DNA from: Perkinsus chesapeaki ATCC PRA-425
Taxonomy: Eukaryota > Protista > Perkinsozoa
Direction: 5' to 3'
Assembly (NCBI GenBank): GCA_013115145.1
Contig: JAAPAO010000303.1
Location: forward strand, 1 to 41,403
DNA: 41,403 bases
Shown here: positions 10,405-22,616 of the stretch, one piece after another
How the letters are laid out: each line of letters opens with the position of its first letter
Position numbering within the stretch: the first letter of the stretch is position 1
The notes under the pieces: model-generated
Database searches by the model: none
The model's input: only the letters and a program-made list of their open reading frames with translations
What the model was told of the DNA's origin: nothing
Translations under genes and position numbers: made by a program

Positions 10405-10612
10405 TTTATTGTTGTATTAGTATTATTAAAATTATATTTATACTTAATATTATAATATACTATTTACATTATGCTACCAAATATTTACCATACTTTTATT
10501 ATTAATTGCTGATGCTATTAGCATTACTAGTAGTAGTACTATTATACAACAGTAATAATAATAATAAGTTTAATTGAATAATAATAATAATATTAATTAA
10601 ATATATAAAATA

Positions 10613-11683
10613 TTAATTATTATTATTATCATCATCACTAGAAGTAAATGCATCATTTAATAATGACGTATTACCTCTAATATTATTATAACCAAAACCC
10701 TATTAAATAACAATAATAATATTATAATTAATTATTATTATTATTTTACCTTCTTCTTAGCCTCTGATGCTTTGCGTGTTTTCATTGGTTGTGGTATCTA
10801 ATTATATATACATAACAACAACAACAACAACAAGTGGCAGTAGTAATACATTTGAATTCTCATAGCCCCACATAGGATAGGAGCAATCATCGTCATCACC
10901 ATTATTATTATCATCGTGTTTCATGCTATCATCTATACCACCATTTGATGATGATGCTTTATTATTAATAATTGCTTCTTCTTCTATTGAACCTACAACA
11001 CTGAGTAATACCACCACCACAACTACTACTACTACCAGACTCAACATTACTTGGGTTTATGATGATACCTTCTTCTTCTTCTTTATTATTATTTGTTATT
11101 ATAATATTATTAAATTTACTATCTAAGTTACCATTATGATGGACTATTTTATCAGTATCAGCAATATATCTAATAATAATAGTAATAACAACAACAACAA
11201 CATTAATATATAGTATCACCACCTGAATACGTGTATTAAATTATACTCTTTATTACTGTCTTCTGTAATTATATTATTGGATGATATAATATTATTACCA
11301 CTTGTATCAACTATTGGTGGTATCATCATCATCATTGATTCATCATCATCTTCATCATCATGACCATCAATACTTCTTCCTCTTGTTGTTATTGCTGCTG
11401 CTGTTGGTTGTGTTATATTGAATAATAATAAATGTTTAGGTGGTAATTGTTTACGAGGATGAAGGTAACTCCATGAGTAAGGTTCTTCTTTACTATTGCA
11501 TTTATCCATTATATTTATAGTATCATCTAATATTAACAACAATAGCAATGGTAATAATAATAATAAGTATTATTAGGTTAAAATAGTTCAATATTATCAA
11601 ATGTGTTAATTATTACCATTATATCTCATGACATCATAATTATCATTAATTCTTCTTATTCTATCATCATCATCGTACATCAT
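10613..11683 (-). CDS. Hypothetical low-complexity protein, multi-exon; start uncertain
   Basis: Spliceable exons give ..KEEPYSWSYLHPRKQLPPKHLLLFNIT..HVFR|YIADTDKIVHH..|IPQPMKTRKASEAKKK|GFGYNNIRGN..; stop at 10615-10613. Family not recognised. Confidence 0.4.
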
Positions 11684-12124
11684 TGGAGTCCTATAACCAA
11701 CAACAACTCCAACAACCTCTAAAAATCTAACAAGTTCTTGTTCTTGTTCTTGTTGCTGCTGGTGCTGGTGCTGGTGGTAGTGGTGGAATTATTAACTATT
11801 AAACACCACAAGCAACAATAAGAATAATATTATAATGTATATATAGTAATAATAAATTTACAATAAGCAACAACATCGTCAGTCATCAGTGTTTAGTACA
11901 ACAAGTATTGAAGATGTTATAATAATAATACTACTACTTATTAACATCATCATTACCTTAATATGATATTAATAATAATCAACATATTATTATATAGGCT
12001 TATAGTAGTACTTGTTATTATTATTATTTGAATAATAAATATAATGTATTATAATAATACAATTAGTTATTATTATTCATTAACCCTTATTATTATAACT
12101 ACTACAGTACTCAGCGGTAGACAT

Positions 12125-12713
12125 CTACATAATACTGCAAAAACACTGACTATGTTTAGCTTTACCGCCATTATCATTATTATCTATTAAATATATTAAT
12201 ACCTAATATTTATTATTACTATTACCAGTTTTAATTGATTTAGGTACTGCAGTAACATGTATTGGTGTTGGTACTAATGCATTAACCATTATCTAATAAT
12301 AATACTGTCATAAACGACATCATAATCCACTATAATCTACTATCATCATCACCTTGCTATCAGATAATGTTTTATTATCCTCTAATTCTTTACCACCACT
12401 GAATATACGTAATCGTCCAACTTCACTTACTGGTAAAAAATCTAATTAATATTCTCTTTACAACAACAACCTATTACCACAACAACCACTACTACTACCT
12501 TTAGGCCATTTTTCTTCATGCATTATTCTTTTTTTAACATCTAATACAGTATCATTTAACTAAAGATATTATTAAATGTATATAAATAATATATATTATT
12601 ATTACATCAAATACTTCATCTAATGCTTTACCATCATGATTAACAAATATAAGCCTTAATACAACTTTATTATCCCCACCGACTAGATTATTATTAACCA
12701 TTTCATCAGTCAT
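12125..12713 (-). CDS. Membrane-anchored ubiquitin-fold protein (MUB/UBL3 family) with C-terminal CAAX
   Basis: Five exons (12713-12606, 12559-12499, 12441-12353, 12292-12226, 12183-12125), all GT-AG and in phase. Protein ..LRLIFVN..DTVLDVKKRI..WP..VGRLRIFSGGKELEDNKTL..PIHV..SQCFCSIM*. Confidence 0.85.
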
Positions 12714-12840
12714 TATTATAACAACAACAACAACTAGTCAGCAATGCCCACCCAGCACTAGCTTTATGATAGACACTTGCCTATCTTGCATCATCTTGCA
12801 TTTACTTAACGGTATTTTTTCAATTATTGGCTCATAATAG

Positions 12841-12861
12841 AATCGATCACGTAATCGATTA
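12841..12861. promoter_or_regulatory. Candidate bidirectional promoter element (AATCGATCACG + TAATCGATTA) between MUB and RPL12
   Basis: Two ATCGAT cores in a CpG-poor 230-bp intergenic region; the same words recur at 16837-16848 and 32607-32616. Confidence 0.5.
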
Positions 12862-12943
12862 TTCCCCCTTTAAACCTTAATTGATACCTTTCTTGAGTCT
12901 GGTAAAACTACGTGTGGACCGCTCTTTATTGTTAATAACTAAA

Positions 12944-13447
12944 ATGGCTCCTAAGTTTGATCCTAACGAGGTTAAGATTATCTATGTACGTCAGTATGGT
13001 GGTGAGGTTGGTGCATCATCGGTATTAGCACCTAAGGTTGGTCCTATTGGTATGTCACCTAAAAAGATTGGTGAAGATATTCAAAAGGCTTCTCAAGATT
13101 GGAAGGGTATCAAGATTACTGCTCAGTTAGCTGTACAGAATCGTAAAGCTACTGTTACTATTAAACCTACTGCTACTTCATTACTTATTAGAGAATTGAA
13201 GGAGCCTCTACGTGATAGAAAGAAGACTAAAGATATTAAACATAATGGTAATCTTACTATTGATCAAGTATTAGGTGTTGCTAAAAAAATGAGAGAACAT
13301 TCTATGGCTAAAGAGTTTAAGGGAACTGTTAAGGAGATACTTGGTACTTGTAGAGCTATTGGTTGCAGTGTTGAGGGTAGAAGGCCTCAAGAATGGCAGA
13401 ATGATATTGATACTGGTGATTATGTACCTGAGGAGCCATCAGCTTAA
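12944..13447 (+). CDS. RPL12: 60S ribosomal protein L12 (uL11), intronless, 167 aa
   Basis: MAPKFDPNEVKIIYVRQYGGEVGASSVLAPKVGPIGMSPKKIGEDI..KEPLRDRKK.K.IKHNGN..GTVKEILGT; ATG at 12944. Confidence 0.98.
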   Translation: MAPKFDPNEVKIIYVRQYGGEVGASSVLAPKVGPIGMSPKKIGEDIQKASQDWKGIKITAQLAVQNRKATVTIKPTATSLLIRELKEPLRDRKKTKDIKHNGNLTIDQVLGVAKKMREHSMAKEFKGTVKEILGTCRAIGCSVEGRRPQEWQNDIDTGDYVPEEPSA

Positions 13448-13549
13448 ATAATAATAACAACGGTCATTAAACACATAGTGTTACTCAGCTGCTGATATTA
13501 ATAATGAATTGAGTTAATGATATATTAATTATTGTTAGGTATATTTATT

Positions 13550-15951
13550 ATGGATAATAATAGTAGTGATAATAATAGTAATACGAAGTATATACCATAC
13601 GAAGATTATCAAAAAGATATTATTAATTTAAGAGTAGTAATAATATATAATAATACAGGATAATCTAGCAGGCACAAGCAGCAACAGGTGCTGGTGCTGC
13701 TGGTAGTAATGATAATAAAGACGAACATCTAACATTACCACCTTACCACGATAATCATGACGATATACCATTATTATCCTCATCAAAGTCGATGCCTAGC
13801 ATATGCCAAGACGTAATAATAATAAAGTGGCTAAATATCTCCGTTATTATTATTTTTTTTAGTCAGAAGCAGCATTAACTGCATCCGATATTGCTAAACC
13901 AGGTGGGTTTAGAAGGCATTATGTTCAAAAAACTAATAATACAACAACAACACATAACCCGTTAACATCATCATCAACAACAAGAGTAAATAATAGGGAA
14001 TTAACAAGTAATAGGCCTCTAATGTATTTATAATCATTATCTAATGTTGTATTAGCATTAAAATCACCTTTATTACCCGATAAGGTAGTAATATTAATAA
14101 TAGTATATCATTATAAATGATCATGTTGTTAGAATGTTAAATCATCATCATCATCAACTGATAATAATAATCGCTGTGATAATGCAATGTTATCATCAAT
14201 AAGGGATAATGGAGCTGCTGCTGCTGCTGCTTTAAAGGAATCAATAATGGATAATTTAACGTATATGTTTGATTTCTTTACTGATGTTGAGAATAACAAT
14301 GGTTATGATGATGATAGAGGTAATAGAAGCGGCGGCGGTGATGATGATTAGGATGAGGATAATTGTGCATTATTATTATTATTGATAATCACAGGTGGAT
14401 TATTCGATGATAGAACATCTAAAGAATTGTCATTAAAAGTTAAACCACCACGTGAAAAAAGTGGTATTATTAAAACAGTAATAACATGACGATTAAGAAT
14501 AGTAATAATAACATTATTGATAATAGATATTATCAATATTCAAATCATTTATTGGTGTTGGTATATTATTCTTACCTAATGCATTCCATAATGGTGGTTG
14601 GTTATTTAGCTCTATTTGTATGTTATTATCAGCATTATTATCAACTATAGGTATGTATAAACTTAGTGCTTGTCATGAAATAACACATAAAACATATCCA
14701 CAAATGGGTTATACAGCATATGGTCATTTTGGTTATATAATGATATCATTTCAATTAGCTTTAAGTCAATTCTGTTTTGGTATGACTGGTGTTATATATA
14801 TAACTAATACATTAAGTAATAACAATGTTATTATTATTGTTAATATTATTATTAGGTCATATCGTTGCATGTATTATGTCTGGTAATGCTGCTGCTGATG
14901 CTTCTACTGCTGCTGCTGCTCAACATCATCATCAGCTTGTTAGTGAATCTCTTAAAGAAAGTATATTGAATAATTATGATAAAATAATTGATTCATTTTA
15001 TATTATTGTTTTACTTACATATATACCATTATCCTTTATCAGAAGGATAGGTAATATGAAGTTTACTAATCTTGTAATAATAACAATTGTTGTGATATAA
15101 TAATAATTATTAGGTTGGTGATTTATGTATATTATTAGCAGTTATATTTGTTATTATATCTGCTAGTAAATGTTTATATATAAATGGTATAGCATCAAAT
15201 GTTAAAGCAATAGTACCAGATAGAATGTTATCATTTATTGGTACAGCTGTATATTCATTTGAGGGTATTGGTTTAGTTATACCAATAAGAGAGAGTATGG
15301 CTAAACCACAGTATTTTAATATAGTATTAACTTGTATGATAACATTTATGGGGTTAATGTTATGTGCATTTGGTTTAATTGGGTATTTAGCATGGGGTCC
15401 AACAGTTGAACCAGTAGTATTAAATCAATTATCAGTAACACCATCATCAATAACAATACAATTATTATATTGTATTGCTGTTACATGTACATTCCCAATA
15501 ACATTATATCCAACATTTACTATTATAGAAGTACATATATTTAAAACTATGAAAGCAAGTAAGACAAGAACATGGCTTAAAAATCTATTAAGAGCATCAG
15601 AAACTACATTATGCGTAATAATAACAGATGCATGATAAGTATAATAGAGAGGTATTATTAGGTATTATTAGCCTTTTTTGCCGCTGAAGATGTTGAAATG
15701 TTTGTATCATTTGTTGGTACATTCTGTAAGTGTTGCTGTTGTTCTTGTTGTTGTTGTTATTTGTATTATTAGGTTCAATACCATTAGCATTTATATTACC
15801 TGCTGCATTACATAGAAGATTAGTTGGGGGTAAAGATATATCTGATTGGTTATTAATAATAATTGGTTTAATATGTATACCTATAACACTTTATATTGAT
15901 TATACATTATGGGGTAATAATAATAATCATTCATACTATTATAATACATAA
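13550..15951 (+). CDS. Amino acid transporter, Aa_trans/AAAP family (AVT3/AVT4-SLC36-like), multi-exon
   Basis: DIAKPGGFRRHY (AVT3/4-type N-terminal motif), IFKSFIGVGILFLPNAFHNGGWLFS, FIGTAVYSFEGIGLVIPIRESM.KP..F, and PLAFILPA.LH. The ends are approximate. Confidence 0.9.
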
Positions 15952-15973
15952 TTATTTATCATAGGTGCAACTA

Positions 15974-16295
15974 TATAATAATAATGATTGATACTAATAA
16001 TGATTGATAATAATAATGATTGATAATAATAATGATTGATAATAATAATGATTGATAATAATAATGATTGATAATAATAATGATNNNNNNNNNNNNNNNN
16101 NNNNNNNNNNNNNNNNNNNNNNNNNNNNNNNNNNNNNNNNNNNNNNNNNNNNNNNNNNNNNNNNNNNNNNNNNNNNNNNNNNNTTGATACTAATAATGAT
16201 TGATAATAATAATGATTGATACTAATAATGATTGATACTAATAATGATTGATAGTGATAATAATAATGATTGATAGTGATAATAATAATGATTGA
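15974..16295. repeat. 16-bp tandem repeat (ataataataatgattg and variants) spanning gap 16085-16183
   Basis: Visible directly in the sequence; intergenic between convergent genes. Confidence 0.9.
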
Positions 16296-16417
16296 TTACT
16301 GAGGTAGGTGGTGTATGTTCCTTCTGTACTGTTGTTTCTATATAGTCTTGTGGTGTTGTTAATATTACTAATAACACATTATCTTACATAATCTTTTATA
16401 ACATTTGTTATCATATG

Positions 16418-16785
16418 TTATGTATTACGACGTTTACCTAGTAATAATTTACTTAATGTATATTCAACTGTATGTAATTTATTAGCATCATTATTAATAT
16501 TATCAGTAATACAATAACATGGTGTTAAACCATTATCATATGTACAACCCCCAATTGGATCGATCTCCCAATACTCTTTCTAAATGAAAAATAATAATAA
16601 CAACAACAATAACTTGTTACATTATTCTTAATTATCCTCTTATTCTCACAATTACATACACATTGATATGGATAATCATCATCATCTAATATCATTGGTG
16701 GTGGTACTATTATATCATAACCATTAATATAATTTACCACCACCACCGCCAATAATACAATAATCAATTCACTCACGATCATCAT
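16418..16785 (-). CDS. Small putative secreted cysteine-rich protein (~108 aa, 2 exons)
   Basis: Exon 16785-16621 (MMIVSELIIVLLAVVVVNYINGYD..YQCVCNCENK), 41-nt GT-AG intron 16620-16580, exon 16579-16418 (KEYWEIDPIGGCTYDNGLTPCYC..GKRRNT*). An alternative ATG lies at 16818. Confidence 0.6.
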
Positions 16786-16836
16786 AAAAAGAACAAGATC
16801 TGTTTTGCCATTTTTCATGCAGTTTGCATGTAAATA

Positions 16837-16848
16837 TAATCGATCACG
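16837..16848. promoter_or_regulatory. TAATCGATCACG motif upstream of RPL8 and the divergent gene
   Basis: Shares the 11-mer AATCGATCACG with 12841-12851, upstream of RPL12. Confidence 0.5.
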
Positions 16849-17017
16849 CTTTTTAATTATTGGGCGTAGCGCCGCCTCCTCCTCCTGTTGTTGTTGTTGC
16901 TTCTTCGTTATTGTGTAGTGGTTAGCTGGTTGTGGGATGTGAAGGATGATGAGGGTGGTGGTGTTGATGTTGTTTAGTAGGTAGGCTATAATCATCGTTG
17001 TTGTTGAATAATAATCA

Positions 17018-17823
17018 ATGGGACGTGTTATCCGTGGACAACGTAAAGGTCGCGGTGGAATCTTCAAAGCTGTTACCAAGCATCGTAAGGGAGCCTCTAA
17101 GCTTCGTGCTGTTGATTACGCTGAGGTAATAATAATAATAACTTATATTAATATTATTGTTATCATCAGCGTCATGGATATATTAAAGGTTTAGTTCAAG
17201 AGATTATTCATGATCCTGGTCGTGGTGCACCTATGGCTCGTATTGCTTTCCGTAATCCATATAAGTTTGGTTTACAAAAGATATTAACTGTTGCTACTGA
17301 GGGTATGCATACTGGTCAATTTGTATATTTTGGTAAGAATGCTACTCTATCTATTGGTAATGTATTGCCATTGGGTAAGATGCCAGAAGGTACAGTTATA
17401 TCTAATATTGAAGAAAAGATTGGTGATCGTGGTACCTGTGCTACAGCTGGTGGTGTATCTGGTATTGTTGTTGGTCATTCTGATGATGGTAGTAAGACTC
17501 GCATTCGTTTACCATCTGGTGCTCGTAAAACAGTTAGTTCTGAATGCCGTGCTATGATTGGTATTATTGCTGGTGGTGGACGTTTAGATAAACCTGTTCT
17601 TAAAGCTGGTAATAATTATCATAAATATCGTGTAAAGAGGAACTGCTGGCCTAAAGTAAGAGGTGTGGCTATGAATCCTGTAGAGCATCCTCATGGTGGT
17701 GGTAATCATCAACATGTTGGTCATCCTACTACAGTATCTCGTGGTGCTCCAGCTGGTCAAAAGGTTGGTCTTATTGCTGCTAGAAGGACCGGTCTTCTTA
17801 GAGGTGGTAAGGCTCTTAAGTAA
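17018..17823 (+). CDS. RPL8: 60S ribosomal protein L8 (uL2), 2 exons (17018-17125, 17170-17823), 253 aa
   Basis: [15 protein letters not shown]|[53 protein letters not shown]; 44-nt phase-0 intron. Confidence 0.98.
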
Positions 17824-18045
17824 TAATAACTACTACGGTGATGGAAGTAACAACAGAAGGAGTAAGAGCGGCTTATCTATTACTTGCGATTATTATTATG
17901 ATGACAGCAACAGTATGAGGACCATCTTCCGTTGTTGTTGTTGTTATGATAACAGTAATGATACGATGATGATAAAATAGTCTTTCCTTTGCCCGTTAAT
18001 GCATTGTGTTTATGATTATGTTATAGTGTCTAATAATAGTTTATT

Positions 18046-20565
18046 ATGAAAGATCATTATTGTAATATTAATATAGGTGTATTAGGTCATGTTGATTGTG
18101 GTAAAACAACATTATGTAAATCATTAACTGAGGTATTATTATTAGTATTATATAGTTATACATTGTGCTGTATATATATTGTTAGGTTGCTAGTACAGCA
18201 TCATTAGATAATAATCCACAATCAAAAGAAAGAGGTATAACTATTGATTTAGGATTCTCATCATTTACTATACATAATCAACAACAGGCATTATATAATA
18301 ACAAAGATAATAGAGATGATGTAATAATAGCAATAATAAAGTGTCGATGATGATGTTGATGATATTGTATTATTAGAATGATAATAATCCAATTATCGCA
18401 TCATTACCTAAATCATTTGTTGATAATGGTTATGATTATGGTATACAAATATGTTTAGTAGACTGCCCTGGTCATGCATCATTAATTAAGACTATTATTG
18501 GTGGTGCTCAAATCATTGATATATGTTTATTAGTAATAGATATAACAAAAGGTATACAACCTCAAACAGCTGAATGTATTGTAATAGCTGATATATTAGC
18601 ACCACAATTGATGATAGTATTAAATAAAATTGATTTAATATCATCACCAGATATTAGATATAATAAAATTAAAATTATGGAAAAAAAGTTGCGTAAAACA
18701 TTTGAAAATAGCAGGTAATAATATAAATAATAGATTATCATTATTAATAATTAGATTTACATCATCATTACCAATTATAGCAGTATCAGCTAATAATCGT
18801 AATGATACATATAATAAAGTTGTTAATATGTTAATAAATAATATTAAACTACCAAAAAGATTATTATTATCAACAACAACAGGAAATGGTCGTGATAATA
18901 TTGATTATAATAATAAGTCATCATCATCAGCTAATAATAATAATCACTTTACATTCTCATTTGATCATTGTTTTTCTATTAAAGGAGTTGGTACTATATT
19001 TGCTGGTACAGTTATAAATGGTAATAATGTTATGAATAATATTATGTTGTATTAATATTATTGTAGGTATTGTTAAGGTTGGTGATAAAGTTATTATATT
19101 AGATTCATCAACTGGTAGTAGTATTGCTGCTGCTGCTAATTCGTCATTATCATCATCAAATAGTGGTAGTGGTGGCGGTAGTGGTGGTGGGGTAATGTAT
19201 TATTAATTATTATTAATGTATTTATTATTAACGTCATCAGGTTATTAAAAGTATACAAATATTTAAAGAAAATGTTAAATTAGCAACACCTGGTGATAGG
19301 TAATAATGATAATATTAAATATTCAATTGTTAATAATAATAATGTGATTCTTCTTCTTCTTCTTGTTGTTATTATTATAGATGTGCTTTATGTATACCTG
19401 GTATAAATGCTAATAAACTTGAACGCGGTATGATTATATGTAATAATAATAATAATCAGTATTACTACCCAGTGAGAAGTATGTTAGCAGTTGTTGATAA
19501 AATAAAGTAGTAATAGTAATAATGATAATGTTGTTATATATGTATCTATTAATGTATGTATAATTTAGATATTTTAAAGATGATATTAAAAGTAAAAGTA
19601 GACTACATATAACATGTGGTTATGCAACAGCTATGGCTACTGTATACTTTATTAAAATGAATAAGAAGAAGGATGGTAACAATGATAATAAGGACAATCA
19701 TCGTCATAATAATAATATGCATAATACAACAACAATGACATCATCATCATCAGGAGCAGGAGCATCAGGAGCATCAGGAGCAACAACTACTCTTGGTGGT
19801 GGGGTTTTGGTTGCGGGTAATAATAATATTCAAAATATAGCTAATAATATTATAAAAGAAGATTATTCAATTATTCATAAACATGATTTTATATACAAAG
19901 ATAAATTATTATTACCAAATGAGATACAAGATGATAATGATGAAGGGAATTGTTGTTGTTGTTATGAAGACGAAGATGATAGTGATGATGATTATGTTAA
20001 TAATTATTATGCAATAATTGAATTTGACAAACCTATCCTCGCATCACCTGGTAATGTATTTATTGCATCAAGATTAGATAAAGAATATAATAATAATAAA
20101 TCATCATCATGTAGATTGGCATTTTATGGTGTGGTATGTAAAACGTATAAAAACATAGACAGCTGTAGAAATGATATTAATGTTATTAAATGGAAATTAA
20201 AAAGAGGATTTATTGAACGAAGAATAATTAATAGTAATGATGATGATGAGTTGAATACTAGTGTTTATATAATTAATAATATGTTTAAAAAAGAAACCGA
20301 TTTAAAACCATTTATTGGTTTAAAAGTTGTTCATAATATATCTGGTATAAATGGTATTATTGATTCAAGTTTTGGTAAAAGTGGTAAAATTAAATGTATA
20401 TTTAATACATCTAAATTACCATATATTAATTTTGATAATAAGGGTAATATTATTAATGATGATAATAATAATAAGAGCCCACTAATGGTATCATTATTAT
20501 TCAAGAAAAGGGTATTAAAGGCTAATAAAGATAATAATAAATCAAATACAATTATTATTCAATAA
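18046..20565 (+). CDS. EEFSEC: Selenocysteine-specific elongation factor (EFSec/SelB), multi-exon
   Basis: NINIGVLGHVDCGKTTLCKSLTE|VASTASLD..PQSKERGITIDLGFSSF..LVDCPGHASLIKTIIGGAQIID..KGIQPQTAEC..LNKID; FDHCFSIKGVGTIFAGT; HITCGYATAMA; SRLD..CRLAFYG; KK.TDLKPFIG..G.I...FGKSGK. Confidence 0.95.
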
Positions 20566-20720
20566 GTTTTGTTTCTTAATAACATTAATTGTTCTTGTTG
20601 TTATAACTAAACAGTAATAATTAATAATAAACAATATAGGCCAATTATACTAAATAATATTATTATCATAACCTAATGATAATAATAATAATCTTTATTC
20701 CCTATTATTATTGATCATCA

Positions 20721-21444
20721 TCATCTTCTTGTTGTTATTCTTATTACTTCTGATATAACTATATCCTCTGATAATGTTATCCTCCTTTTATTATTATATA
20801 TTCTATCTAATCTATTATTAAATAATGTTGGTAATCTAACAATAATAATATTTAATATTATAATACTATATTACTACCTATTATTATCATAAGATAACAA
20901 CAACAATGATGATGATGATGCTCGTGTTGATGCCAATGATGATGATGATGCTCGTGTTGATGCCAATGATGATGATGATGCTCGTGTTGATGCCAATGAT
21001 GATGATGNNNNNNNNNNNNNNNNNNNNNNNNNNNNNNNNNNNNNNNNNNNNNNNNNNNNNNNNNNNNNNNNNNNNNNNNNNNNNNNNNNNNNNNNNNNNN
21101 NNNNNNGATGATGCTCGTGTTGATGCCAATGATGATGATGTATTATTAGTGTATAATCCTTTACTTATTTTATTATCTTCTTCTGGTATTGTTTTTAATG
21201 GATTTGAATAAAGTTTATACGCCATAATATGCCTATAATAATATTATTAGTAACCTATTATTATTGATTACCTTTTATTTTCAATAAATGTTATTCTAAT
21301 AATCCTACTTATAATACTAATACCATCATCATTGCTACTACCAATATCACCATCGCTACTACCGACGTGGCCACCCCACATTCGGGCGAAGACGACGACG
21401 ACGACGAGGGGCCGTAGGTAATAAATAAAGTAGTAGTTGCGCAT
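20721..21444 (-). CDS. Putative secreted Ser-rich repeat protein (contains gap); 3 exons proposed
   Basis: MRNYYFIYYLRPLVVVVVFARMWGGHVGSS.. from ATG 21444 splices in phase into HIMAYKLYSNP.., followed by (SLASTRASSS)n and a last exon LPTLFNNRLD..RITTRR*. The frame across the N gap is assumed. Confidence 0.45.
20906..21140. repeat. 30-bp tandem repeat (aatgatgatgatgatgctcgtgttgatgcc) spanning gap 21008-21106
   Basis: At least 3 copies before the gap and 1 after. Confidence 0.92.
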
Positions 21445-21614
21445 GCGTATATTGTTAAGGGAATATCAAGATATCAAGATATCAATGCTTGCCACCAACA
21501 GCCACTAGCAACAACAACTTGGTCGGCATTGTCGTTGATCTACAATAATAGATGTTATTAAATCTAAGTAAACGTTGTTATACGGGTGTTGTTGGTTCTT
21601 CTAATATACCTAAG

Positions 21615-22526
21615 ATGAATATGAGATATGATTCATTATTATGGCAATGTACTATTGCTGCTGGTATTTGGTTTATACCACAAGATCTAGCTGCTATATC
21701 AGCATTCTTATTGTAATAATATTATTAATATAAATATTATTCATATGCAGATATGGACGTAGTAAATCAAGAACTATTAATCAACCATTATATATTAATG
21801 ATATTGATAAAGCTGTTAATGAATATTATAAAAGGAAAGGTTTAGGTATTAGTAATAAGATTACATTATAATGTGTATTTAAAATCATTAGATCCAAATA
21901 ATATGACTATATCATCACGTGGTTCAAGAATAACAGAGATTAAATATGCTAATATGTATAGATAATAATACATGATATTATCCCATTACTTTTTTCATAT
22001 ACTAACAATGTTTTGTGGTGTTTAATTATAGTTTTTATATTTGCTGTGTACGATGCATAAATATATTAATTATATAACTTAGTATCATTGGTTGATGATG
22101 CTCATTTGAAAAATACAACTTAATAACTGTTTAGTTATGCTTATGTTATATTCATTTGATAATAGTAATGATAATATAAGATATATTAATAGTAATGATA
22201 ATATAAGATATATTAATAATGATGATACTATAAGATATATTAATAGTAATGGTGATGTATTACCATCAGGAAGGCAAAGGGCAGATACTCTTATAACACC
22301 AATATGTAATATCGAAGATGATGATGGTGTACAAGATAGAATAGATATGAATAAGTTATTGTTATGTTATAATAGATATTATAATACAAGAAAAGAAGAT
22401 ATAATACAACATAGATATTTGAATATATTATTACAAGTACCCGTAGAAGAATATCATAAATTATGTTATTATTATTCACCTTGTTTATTTAACCCTTATT
22501 GGAATATATTTATTAAATATATTTGA
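21615..22526 (+). CDS. Hypothetical protein(s); exon structure unresolved
   Basis: Exons MNMRYDSLLWQCTIAAGIWFIPQDLAAISAFL|YGRSKSRTINQPLY.. and ORF 22137-22526 with a 9-aa repeat (NDNIRYINS). The middle join could not be resolved. Confidence 0.3.
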
Positions 22527-22616
22527 TACATAATAATATGTTGAGTTGTTAAGTTATTATTCAATACATCTATAATAATATGTTATTACAGTTGTTAAGT
22601 TATTATTATTATTATT

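Noticed and set aside
16786-17079. N-terminal extension of ORF 16525-17079 overlapping RPL8 antisense
   Set aside because: It runs through the RPL8 exon and the shared promoter motif. A signal-peptide start at 16785/16818 explains the gene better.
21463-21486. atatcaag x3 in the 21444/21615 divergent spacer as a regulatory motif
   Set aside because: Seen only once, and local slippage duplications are common in this domain.
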